Assembly: GCA_039821125.1 (NCBI GenBank) | Contig: JBCBOR010000018.1 | Coordinates: 1,160 to 65,159, forward strand | DNA: 64,000 nucleotides | Direction: 5' to 3' | Origin: Pseudomonadota bacterium | GTDB taxonomy: Bacteria; Pseudomonadota; Alphaproteobacteria; Rhodobacterales; Rhodobacteraceae | Part shown: in pieces, positions 8,612-16,730 of the stretch | How positions within the stretch are numbered: the first letter of the stretch is position 1 | How the letters are laid out: every line of letters begins with the position of its first letter | The notes under the pieces: generated by a model | The model's database searches: none | The model's input: only the letters and a program-made list of their open reading frames with translations | Told to the model about the DNA's origin: nothing | Position numbers and translations under genes: made by a program

Positions 8612-9214
8612 ATGGGCCGCGAACTGTTGAAGTGGTCGGAGTGGTCACCGGGTCTCGACACTGACGGGATGACCTTGCGCGACGCGATGGCGACCATGCC
8701 GCGCTCGGATCCCGACGATGTGCCGGAAATTGTGCGCAAGTACGAGAACCCGGAGAGCCCGGATCGATTGCCGGGCGCGATTTCCCTCGACCGTCACGAC
8801 TGTCTGCACACCATTCTCGGCCGCGGCCTTCATGTGCAGGACGAGGCCTTCATCATCGGCGTGACCATGGGCTCGGCCAGTGACATCACCTCTGACATCG
8901 TCGAGGAGTTCATCCGCATCTCGACGACAGATTACCCGGAGGCGTGGCGGTTCCAGCCTGAGCACATCGCGTCCTACCGACTTGGGGTCGGGTTTGCCGA
9001 AGACATGCTGGCGAACACGGACCTGCATTTCACGCCGTGGGAGGAGCCGCCGCTGTTCGATACAACGGTCGGTGAGATACGCCGTGACCTCGGATTGGTG
9101 AAGGCAGAGATGCGTGCCTACTTCCGTGCAGAGGAGATCCTCGTCCCCGGCACCCGCGCCACCCGTCGGCTGGACAACAGCGCTCGCCGCCCGGATCAGG
9201 CGATGAAGCCGTAG
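8612..9214 (+). CDS. Hypothetical soluble protein with a Coq4-like HDxxH-x11-E metal-binding motif
   Basis: RHDCLHTILGRGLHVQDEAF has the spacing H-D-x2-H-x3-G-x7-E that I recall for the Coq4 family. Starts 4 nt after the vWA gene stop. Confidence 0.55.
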   Translation: MGRELLKWSEWSPGLDTDGMTLRDAMATMPRSDPDDVPEIVRKYENPESPDRLPGAISLDRHDCLHTILGRGLHVQDEAFIIGVTMGSASDITSDIVEEFIRISTTDYPEAWRFQPEHIASYRLGVGFAEDMLANTDLHFTPWEEPPLFDTTVGEIRRDLGLVKAEMRAYFRAEEILVPGTRATRRLDNSARRPDQAMKP

Positions 9215-9238
9215 GCGGGTCCCGCGGCTCCGTTTGCG

Positions 9239-10021
9239 TCAGCCTACGAAGGCTTTCTCGACCGCGTAGTCACCGGGGGCAGAGTTCGATCCTTCGCTGA
9301 ACCCGCGCGCGTCCAGAAGGGCCTTCATGTCCATGTTGAGACCGATTGAACCACAGATCATCAGACGATCGGTCTCCGGCGACAGCGGCCGGGTGTCGAA
9401 GTGTGCTGTCACACGATCTGCTTCAAACCACTCGGTAATCCTGCCGGTGTGCGGGCTGTCGTCACGTGTGGTTGTGGGCAGATACCGTAACCGCGCTGCG
9501 TGCTCGCCGACCAGCGGATCATCCGGAAGCGCCGCGACAAGCTGCGCGCCATAGGTCAACTCTTCCCGTTTTCTGGACGTGTGACTGAGATAGATTTCAT
9601 CATAGCGCTCGAACGTCTCCGGATCGCGGATGAGCGACGCGAAGGGCGCGATCCCCGTACCTGTCGCGACAAGAAACAGCCGTTTGCCCGGTCGAAGCGC
9701 ATCGTGCACCAGAGTGCCGACAGGTTTCGGCCGCAGGATCACCTGATCGCCGGGCTGTATGTGCTGAAGCCGCGAAGTGAGCGGGCCGTCAGGGACTTTG
9801 ATCGAATAGAACTCGAGTTCGTCATCCCAGGACGGTGAGGCGATCGAGTAGGCCCGCAGCAATGGCCTCCCGTTCTCGCCCATCAAGCCGATCATCACGA
9901 ACTCGCCCGAGCGGAACCTCAGCGACCTCGGCCGCGTCAGCCGGAACGAAAACAGCCGATCGGTATAGTGCGTGACCGAGGAGACTGTTTGTGTGTCGGG
10001 CAGGGTGACGGGCGCGTTCAT
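9239..10021 (-). CDS. fpr: Ferredoxin-NADP+ reductase (bacterial Fpr type)
   Basis: HYTDRLFSFRLTRP..RFRSGEFVMIGL (FAD domain) and LVATGTGIAPFASL (NAD(P) domain). Start set at ATG 10021 (MNAPV), which forms an ATGA overlap with the DUF934 stop. Confidence 0.9.
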   Translation of the reverse strand: MNAPVTLPDTQTVSSVTHYTDRLFSFRLTRPRSLRFRSGEFVMIGLMGENGRPLLRAYSIASPSWDDELEFYSIKVPDGPLTSRLQHIQPGDQVILRPKPVGTLVHDALRPGKRLFLVATGTGIAPFASLIRDPETFERYDEIYLSHTSRKREELTYGAQLVAALPDDPLVGEHAARLRYLPTTTRDDSPHTGRITEWFEADRVTAHFDTRPLSPETDRLMICGSIGLNMDMKALLDARGFSEGSNSAPGDYAVEKAFVG

Positions 10022-10434
10022 GGCCGCACCTCGCCACCGAAGACGCGCGACTGGTAGCCGGCGGCCATCGGAACCGACACCCACTGATGCTCGGGGTTGC
10101 GGGCGGCCTGCTCATCAGTGATCTCGATGTCGGTGAAGCCCGACCGCAGGGCGGCACGGAACTGATCGACCAACACGTGGCCGCGCGCCCGGATGTGCCC
10201 GGTGAAGCCCAGCCCGCGCAACTGCGCCGCTTGCGAGAACCCGCGCCCATCGGCGCTGGACCCGAACGGCACCACGATCAGCTTCAGTGTGTCGAAATGC
10301 GGCAAAGCAGCTTCGGGCGCGGCATCGACCGGCAGCAGGACTCCAGCGCCGCCCTCGTACTCGTCGATGGTCGGCAGGGCTATGTCGGCCCATGCATCCT
10401 TGGCGAAGCCTGTCGGTGTAATGACCTGGCTCAT
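10018..10434 (-). CDS. DUF934-family protein associated with sulfite reductase
   Basis: ~138 aa starting MSQVITPTGF, with FSSADGRGFSQA..LR..GFTG.IRA.G motifs typical of DUF934 next to cysI/cysH. ATGA overlaps at both ends. Confidence 0.75.
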   Translation of the reverse strand: MSQVITPTGFAKDAWADIALPTIDEYEGGAGVLLPVDAAPEAALPHFDTLKLIVVPFGSSADGRGFSQAAQLRGLGFTGHIRARGHVLVDQFRAALRSGFTDIEITDEQAARNPEHQWVSVPMAAGYQSRVFGGEVRP

Positions 10435-11144
10435 CCGGCGATCCTTTCGATTGTTCCGTCTTCTCGGATGTGAATGCCGCACTCGTCGCGTGCCTCGCCG
10501 CGCCAGCGCCCGGCGCGCGCGTCCTCTCCGGTAGCAACCCGCGTCGTGCAGGGCGCGCACCCGATCGAGGGATAGCCCTGTGCGACCAGTGGGTGCCGCG
10601 GCAGATCGTGGGCGTCGAAATAGGCGATGGTGTCGGCGCTGCTCCACCCGGCGAGCGGGCTGATCTTCAGTCGTTCGGCATCATCGGTCTCGAACGCCTG
10701 GATACGGGCGCGGGCACGGGTCTGATAGCGTTTGCGTCCGGTCAGGACTGCATCGAACCCGGCCAGTGCTTTTTCCAGCGGCGCAACCTTGCGCAGCGCA
10801 CAGCACGCCTCGGTGTCGCGTTGGTGCAGTGTCCGGTCGGGGTCAGCGGCCTCGTCCGGACGCAGGATCCGCACATCCCGAAGGCCCAGATGCGCGCTTA
10901 GGTCCCGCTGATACTCCAGCGTCTCCCGAAACAAGAGCGCCGTGTCCAGCATCAGTACAGGCACCGAAGGGTCGGTCACCGACAGCATGTGCAGCAGCAC
11001 CGCCGCATCCGCGCCGAAAGATGACGTCATCGCAATCCGCCCCTCGTAACGATCCAGGGCGACGCCCAGGATCGCTTCAGCCGGAGCTGACCCGAACCGG
11101 GCCTCCAGCCGCCGGGCCGTGATCGACTCAGGCTGCGGCGACAT
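10431..11144 (-). CDS. cysH: Phosphoadenylyl-/adenylyl-sulfate reductase (thioredoxin-dependent; Fe-S type with CC...CxxC)
   Basis: SSFGADAAVLLHM, CC pair (EACCALRKV), CAPCT and C-terminal ECGIH. The start is ATG 11144 or 11156, and either overlaps the cysI 3' end. Confidence 0.9.
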   Translation of the reverse strand: MSPQPESITARRLEARFGSAPAEAILGVALDRYEGRIAMTSSFGADAAVLLHMLSVTDPSVPVLMLDTALLFRETLEYQRDLSAHLGLRDVRILRPDEAADPDRTLHQRDTEACCALRKVAPLEKALAGFDAVLTGRKRYQTRARARIQAFETDDAERLKISPLAGWSSADTIAYFDAHDLPRHPLVAQGYPSIGCAPCTTRVATGEDARAGRWRGEARDECGIHIREDGTIERIAG

Positions 11145-12780
11145 CGAGAGCTCCATAAAGCGCGTCCTTGAACGGTGCAGCACCCAGACGGCGATAGGTC
11201 TCGAGGAATGTCTCATCCCCGTGCATCCGCGTTGCCAGATAGGTATCGATGATCCGCTCGACGGCCGGCACGATCTCGTCATAGGCAAAGCCCGGCCCGG
11301 TACGCTCGCCCAGGGTCGCGGCCTCGGTCCCGTCGCCGCCCAGCGTGATCTGGTAGCTCTCTACCCCCGCCTTATCGAGGCCAAGGATACCGATATGCCC
11401 CACGTGGTGGTGACCACAGGCATTGATGCAGCCGCTGATCTTGATCTTCAGCGGGCCGATGTCGTGCTGGGCGTCGATGTCGGCGAACGTCTCCGAGATC
11501 TGCTGGGCAATCGGGATCGACCGGGCCGTGGCCAGTGCGCAGTAATCCATGCCGGGGCAGGCGATGATGTCCGAGATCAGCCCGGCATTCGCCGTCGCCA
11601 GCCCCGCATCGCGCAGCGCGGCATAGACCGCGGGCAGATCGGCCTGCGGCACATGCGGCAGGATCACGTTCTGCTCGTGGCTGATGCGCAGTTCGTCATA
11701 GCTGTAGCGCTCGGCCAGATCCGCCAGCACCCGCATCTGATCTGACGAGGCATCGCCGGGCGTCGCCCCGATGGCCTTAAGCGAAACCGTCACGATCACG
11801 TGGCCGTCGCGCTTGTGCGGCGCGGTGTTGGTGTCGGCGAACGCGCGCAATGCGGCAGGCAGGACCCGGTCCTTTAAGCGTGTTTTCCTGTACGTGGGTT
11901 CCGCGAAGCTTGCGGTGATCCGCGCGACCACATCCTTGGCCACATCCGGCAGCCGGCGCTGTTGCAGGGCGAAGTTCTCCTCGATCCGCGCCTTCAGCTC
12001 CTCAAGCCCGGTCTCGTGCACCAGGATCTTGATCCGCGCCTTGTATTTGTTGTCGCGCCGGCCCGAGAGATTGTACGTGCGCATGATCGCCTCGAGATAC
12101 GCCAGCAGATCGCGCTTCGGCAGGAACTCACGCACCACCTTGCCGATCATCGGGGTCCGGCCGAGCCCGCCACCGATCACGACCTGATAGCCGACCTCGC
12201 CGTCCTGCTCGCGCACGCGCAGGCCGATGTCGTGGAAACGGATGACCGCGCGGTCTTCCTCAGACGCCGTCACCGCCACCTTGAACTTGCGCGGCAGGTA
12301 GGCGAACTCCGGGTGATCGGTCGACCACTGCCGGATTAGCTCGGCGGTGATGCGCGGGTCCTCGACCTCGCCCGCCGCTGCGCCTGCAAAGTGATCCGCC
12401 GTCACGTTGCGGATGCAGTTGCCCGAGGTCTGGATCGCGTGCATCTCGACATCCGCCAGCGCGTCCAGCATGTCCGGCACATCAGCGAGCTTGGGCCAGT
12501 TGAACTGGATGTTCTGCCGCGTTGTGAAGTGGCCATAGCCTTTGTCCCACCGGTCGGCGATGTAGGCGAGCTGGCGCATCTGTGCCGAGTTCAGCGTGCC
12601 ATAGGGGATGGCGACCCGCAGCATGTAGGCGTGCAGTTGCAAGTACAGCCCGTTCATCAGGCGGATCGGCTTGAACTCGTCCTCGGTCAGCGAGCCATCG
12701 AGACGGCGTGCCACCTGGCCGCGGAACTCTTCAACGCGCGATCGGACAAAGGCTTCGTCGAAATCGCTGTATTTATACAT
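11128..12780 (-). CDS. cysI: Assimilatory sulfite reductase hemoprotein (siroheme/4Fe-4S)
   Basis: 550 aa. Cluster-binding cysteines ACPGMDYCALA and SGCINACGHHHVG. Duplicated nitrite/sulfite reductase ferredoxin-like halves. Confidence 0.92.
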   Translation of the reverse strand: MYKYSDFDEAFVRSRVEEFRGQVARRLDGSLTEDEFKPIRLMNGLYLQLHAYMLRVAIPYGTLNSAQMRQLAYIADRWDKGYGHFTTRQNIQFNWPKLADVPDMLDALADVEMHAIQTSGNCIRNVTADHFAGAAAGEVEDPRITAELIRQWSTDHPEFAYLPRKFKVAVTASEEDRAVIRFHDIGLRVREQDGEVGYQVVIGGGLGRTPMIGKVVREFLPKRDLLAYLEAIMRTYNLSGRRDNKYKARIKILVHETGLEELKARIEENFALQQRRLPDVAKDVVARITASFAEPTYRKTRLKDRVLPAALRAFADTNTAPHKRDGHVIVTVSLKAIGATPGDASSDQMRVLADLAERYSYDELRISHEQNVILPHVPQADLPAVYAALRDAGLATANAGLISDIIACPGMDYCALATARSIPIAQQISETFADIDAQHDIGPLKIKISGCINACGHHHVGHIGILGLDKAGVESYQITLGGDGTEAATLGERTGPGFAYDEIVPAVERIIDTYLATRMHGDETFLETYRRLGAAPFKDALYGALDVAAA

Positions 12781-13072
12781 TTTCTGCCTGTTTTCCGTGG
12801 AAGTAGTTGGAAGGGCCGCGCGTGCGGAACGTCTCGCGGAAATGGGTCGGGGCGGGGACGCCGGTGCTCAGATCCACGTCGATCAGGTGGATGTTCACTG
12901 TCTCGTGCGGATACTGCCTGGCCTCGTGCAGCAGAGCGTCCGCCTCCTCCGCCGTTTCGGCCACGGCGGCCTCGGCCAACTCGCGCGTCCAGCCCGGCCG
13001 GGTGAAGTAGATCACGTCGCCTTCTAGCAGGTGGTTGGTCGTGGCGACCTTCGGGGTAAAGGGTTTGGGCAT
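12773..13072 (-). CDS. DUF2849-family small protein (sulfite-reductase operon associated)
   Basis: ~100 aa sitting between cysG and cysI, as is typical in alphaproteobacteria. ATG 13072 shares its A with the cysG TGA. Its 3' end overlaps the cysI start by 8 nt. Confidence 0.7.
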   Translation of the reverse strand: MPKPFTPKVATTNHLLEGDVIYFTRPGWTRELAEAAVAETAEEADALLHEARQYPHETVNIHLIDVDLSTGVPAPTHFRETFRTRGPSNYFHGKQAENV

Positions 13073-14472
13073 CACGTCGCCTTTCTGAGAACAGGTTGGG
13101 CAGCAATGGTGGTGGGTGCGGCGAGCGCAGCTTCGTGAGGGCTGAGGCCGAGCATCAGGACAGCGGGACCGTCCATGACCTCGAGATGGACAGTCAGGGT
13201 CAGCAGGGTCGAGGCAATGATCCGTTGATCCGGGCGCGAGACATTCTCGACAATCGTCACAGGCGTCTCGGCATCGGCCCCATGCATCAGCAGGCGCCCG
13301 GTCAGGAACTTGGACGCGGCCTTGCCCATGTAGATCGCCGCGACCGCGCCGGGGCGGGCCAGCGCGCGCCAGTCGTGATCGGCAAAGCCCTCGGCCTCGT
13401 GTCCTGTGATGATCCTGAGATCCGAGTTACGCCCACGCCGGGTCATGCTGACGCCCAGCGCTGCCGCCGCCGCTGCCGCGGATGTGATCCCCGGCGTCAC
13501 GGTGAAGTCGATCCCGGCCGCGCCGAGCGCCTCGGTCTCCTCATCCAGCCGCCCGAACACACCGCTGTCGCCGGATTTCAGGCGCACGACCTGATGGGTG
13601 CGGCCATGCTCGACCAGCAGGGCGTTGATATCGGCCTGCTTCCACGAGGGGCCGAAGGGGATCTTGCCAACCTCGATGATCTTGGCCTCGCGCCGGGCGA
13701 GTTCCAGGATTGGCGCGGGAACGAGACGGTCATGGATCACCACGTCGGCCTCGTGTAGCAGCTTGCGGGCCTTCATGGTCAGAAGATCCGGGTCGCCCGG
13801 ACCCGCGCCGACGAAGTGGACATGACCCTCGCGGTCGGCTTCGGTCTGCGTCTCGTTGAAAAGCGCGCGCAGGTCACGGCGCGTTGCCTTCTCGCCTCCA
13901 GCCAGCACGCGGGGCCCGCGCTCGAAGTAGAACCGCGACCAGAAGTCCCGGCGCACCCGGCCCTTGGGAAGGTGGGACGCGATGGGCCGGAAGGCTTGCC
14001 CGATCCTGGTGAGCACGCCAAGAGTCTGAGGCAGCATCGCCTCGATATCCGACTTGATCTTGCGGGCCAGCACGGGCGCCGCGCCCTCGGTCCCGATCGC
14101 GACCGTCACCGGATCGCGGTCCACGATAGCTGGCGTGATGAAATCGCTGGCGTCGAGATTGTCGACCACCAGCGTCTTGACGCTTGCGGCCTGCCCGAGT
14201 GCTGCAATGGCGAGGTCGATCTCAGGTGCATCGTTGGCCGCGTAGAGCAAGATGGCTCCGGGCAGATCCTCGGCGGTAACGGCGCGGTCATGGTGGATCA
14301 GACGACCCTCACGCGCCCATTTCTCGACCTGCGGCTCTGCATCTGTCCCAAATACATGGATCTCCGCCTCGGTCTTCAGCAACAGGCGCAGCTTTGCGAC
14401 CGCGCACTCTCTGGCACCGGACACGACGATGCGCCGTCCCTGGGTGTCGAGGTAGATCGGAAAGTGCCGCAT
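13072..14472 (-). CDS. cysG: Siroheme synthase (precorrin-2 dehydrogenase/ferrochelatase domain plus uroporphyrinogen-III C-methyltransferase domain)
   Basis: C-terminal SUMT motif VHFVGAGPGDPDLLT. N-terminal Rossmann-like module. Start set at ATG 14472 (MRHFPIYL), preceded by AGGAGG. Confidence 0.9.
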   Translation of the reverse strand: MRHFPIYLDTQGRRIVVSGARECAVAKLRLLLKTEAEIHVFGTDAEPQVEKWAREGRLIHHDRAVTAEDLPGAILLYAANDAPEIDLAIAALGQAASVKTLVVDNLDASDFITPAIVDRDPVTVAIGTEGAAPVLARKIKSDIEAMLPQTLGVLTRIGQAFRPIASHLPKGRVRRDFWSRFYFERGPRVLAGGEKATRRDLRALFNETQTEADREGHVHFVGAGPGDPDLLTMKARKLLHEADVVIHDRLVPAPILELARREAKIIEVGKIPFGPSWKQADINALLVEHGRTHQVVRLKSGDSGVFGRLDEETEALGAAGIDFTVTPGITSAAAAAAALGVSMTRRGRNSDLRIITGHEAEGFADHDWRALARPGAVAAIYMGKAASKFLTGRLLMHGADAETPVTIVENVSRPDQRIIASTLLTLTVHLEVMDGPAVLMLGLSPHEAALAAPTTIAAQPVLRKAT

Positions 14473-14622
14473 CGGGGCCTCCTGACGCATTGCCGGATGA
14501 ACGAAATCAATCTGTGAGGGAAGAAATTGACCAATGTCCCGAAATCTACAAGCTTGCCTCTGCGACAGCGGAACAGTATTCCAACGTGGCCCCAGCTAGC
14601 GGAAAGACGGCCAGAGCGCCCC

Positions 14623-15123
14623 ATGACCGACCGAACGCCTGACCTTGACCAAGATGACCGCCGCATCCTGCGTGAGGTCCAGACAGACACCACCCGCTCC
14701 TTGCAGCGCATTGCGGACCGAGTCGGTCTGGCCAAGACCACTGTCTGGAACAGGGTTCAGCGGATGACACAGAACGGCACGATCCTGCGTCAGGCAGCAA
14801 TTCTGGATGCTCGCAAGGTTGGGTTGAACGAGACGTTCTTTGTCTCGATCCGAACCTCACAGCATGACGGCGCGTGGCTCGACAAGTTCAAGGCGGTGAT
14901 CGAGGACATGCCCCAGATCACCGAGGCGCACCGGTTGGCAGGCACGCTCGACTACCTGCTCAAGGTGCAGGTGTCCTCGACCGATGCGTTCGATGACTTC
15001 TACAAGGATCTGGTGTCGCGTATCCCGATCTATGACGTCTCGTCGAGCCTGTCGATGGAGCAGATGAAGCGCTCGCTCGAACTGCCGTTTCTCGATGCAA
15101 ACGAGGATCGCCGGAAGGACTAG
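14623..15123 (+). CDS. Lrp/AsnC-family transcriptional regulator
   Basis: LDQDDRRILREVQTDTTRSLQRIADRVGLAKTTVWNRVQRM HTH region plus a C-terminal RAM-like domain. Divergent from cysG. Start moved to the internal ATG (MTDRTPDL). Confidence 0.85.
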   Translation: MTDRTPDLDQDDRRILREVQTDTTRSLQRIADRVGLAKTTVWNRVQRMTQNGTILRQAAILDARKVGLNETFFVSIRTSQHDGAWLDKFKAVIEDMPQITEAHRLAGTLDYLLKVQVSSTDAFDDFYKDLVSRIPIYDVSSSLSMEQMKRSLELPFLDANEDRRKD

Positions 15124-15144
15124 GGCGCTCCATACGAACCAGAC

Positions 15145-15205
15145 CTGATACATAAGTGCCGGAAATAATCATCATACCGACTTATAGTTGTAGTTTTTGT
15201 ATCAG
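15145..15205. promoter_or_regulatory. AT-rich promoter/operator region of the polyol operon with an 8-bp inverted repeat CTGATACA...TGTATCAG
   Basis: Arms at 15145-15152 and 15198-15205, within the only strongly AT-rich spacer of this part of the window (15124-15295). Confidence 0.3.
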
Positions 15206-15295
15206 ATGCCGGTGCATTCGTACTAGAACCTGCTAGAAAATGACCGCTGGATGAGATATGCGCGGGTCAACCCGCCAGTCATCTGGGAGGAAGCT

Positions 15296-16579
15296 ATGAA
15301 GAAACTGGGCGTCTCGACGCTCGCGCTTTTGGCCGTTGCTGGCCTGGCGACGAGCGCTGCCGCAACCGAGCTGACGATCGCGATCGTAAACAACGGTCAT
15401 ATGATCAACATGCAGAAGGTCGCGGAAGCCTATACCGCGAAAACCGGCGTCAAGCTGAACTGGGTCTCGCTGGAGGAAGGGGTTCTGCGCGAGCAGGTAA
15501 CCTCGGACACGGCAACCGGTGGTGGCCAGTACGATGTGATCAATATCGGTATGCAGGAAGCGCCGATCTGGGGCGCCGCCGGCTGGATCGAGCCGCTGAC
15601 CTTCGGACCGGAATACGACCTTGAGGACATGCTGCCGACGATCCGCAACGGCTTGTCGCATGAGGGTCAGCTCTACGCCGCGCCGTTCTACGGCGAATCC
15701 TCGATGGTCATGTACCGCAAGGACCTGACGGATGCGGCAGGGGTCTCGATCTCTGACAACGACAAATGGGAGAATATCAAGGCCGCAGCCGCCGCAATCC
15801 ACAATCCCGATGCCGGTGTTTATGGTGCCTGCCTGCGCGGAAAGCCGGGTTGGGGCGATAACATGGCTTTCATCACAACGGTTGTGAACTCGTTCGGTGG
15901 TGCTTGGTTCGACAAGGACTTCCGTCCGACGATCGACTCGGATGAGTGGCGCGCTGCCATCAACTTTTATGTCGATCTGCTCGGAAGCTACGGCCCTCCG
16001 GGCTCGGAAGGAAACTCGTTCAACGAAATCCTGGCGCTCTACAACGAGGGCAAGTGCGGCATGTGGATTGACGCCACGATCGCCGCTTCGTTCCTGACGG
16101 TCGACGGGGTTGCCTATGCGCAGTCACCGAATGCCGGGAACCCGGTCGGGGCCAACTGGCTCTGGGCGTGGGCGATGGCGGTGCCTGCTGGCTCGCCGAA
16201 CGCAGACGCTGCGAAGGACTTCATCGAGTGGGCGACGTCGAAGGAGTACATCAAGGCCGTGGCCGAACATCCCGATTTTGGCTGGGGCAAGGTTCCAACG
16301 GGGACTCGTGCCTCGACCTATGCCTATCCGGAGTTCCAGGCAGCAGCTGATTTCGCCGCAGCTGAGATGGCCGCAATCGAGTCCGCCGCTCCGGAAGCGA
16401 CGGATCTGAAGCCCTATGTGGGTGTTCAGTTCGCGGCCATTCCGGAGTTTCCGGAGGTCGGCATCGCGGTTGCTCAGGAGATGGCAGCCGCCCTGTCCGG
16501 CGCGAAATCGGTGGATGAAGCTCTGGCCGCATCGCAAGCGGCGGCGGATGCCATCATGTCCGAGGCAGGGTACTACTGA
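15296..16579 (+). CDS. Polyol (sorbitol/mannitol-type) ABC transporter substrate-binding protein, SmoE-like
   Basis: Signal peptide MKKLGVSTLALLAVAGLATSAAA. TIAIVNNGHMINMQKV...LNWVSLEEGVLREQVTSD resembles the Rhodobacter SmoE family. RBS GGGAGGAAG before ATG 15296. Confidence 0.85.
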   Translation: MKKLGVSTLALLAVAGLATSAAATELTIAIVNNGHMINMQKVAEAYTAKTGVKLNWVSLEEGVLREQVTSDTATGGGQYDVINIGMQEAPIWGAAGWIEPLTFGPEYDLEDMLPTIRNGLSHEGQLYAAPFYGESSMVMYRKDLTDAAGVSISDNDKWENIKAAAAAIHNPDAGVYGACLRGKPGWGDNMAFITTVVNSFGGAWFDKDFRPTIDSDEWRAAINFYVDLLGSYGPPGSEGNSFNEILALYNEGKCGMWIDATIAASFLTVDGVAYAQSPNAGNPVGANWLWAWAMAVPAGSPNADAAKDFIEWATSKEYIKAVAEHPDFGWGKVPTGTRASTYAYPEFQAAADFAAAEMAAIESAAPEATDLKPYVGVQFAAIPEFPEVGIAVAQEMAAALSGAKSVDEALAASQAAADAIMSEAGYY

Positions 16580-16601
16580 CCCCTAAGGCCGCGGACCGGG
16601 G

Positions 16602-16625
16602 AGCCTGACGGACGCCCGTCAGGCT
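16602..16625 (+). other. Intercistronic stem-loop 1 after the polyol SBP gene (10-bp perfect stem, 4-nt loop)
   Basis: agcctgacgg-acgc-ccgtcaggct, 23 nt after the SBP stop codon. Confidence 0.75.
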
Positions 16626-16657
16626 TCGTTGGGCCGCCGATTGTGCGAGAGGGGCTG

Positions 16658-16687
16658 ACGGTGCGCCCATCCATCTTGGCGCACCGT
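16658..16687 (+). other. Intercistronic stem-loop 2 (10-bp perfect stem, 10-nt loop)
   Basis: acggtgcgcc-cattccatctt-type loop-ggcgcaccgt. Shares the CTGACGG core with stem-loop 1. Confidence 0.7.
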
Positions 16688-16730
16688 TCTACTCGCCACA
16701 CAACAGAGCCCCCACCAGGGACGCCAGATC

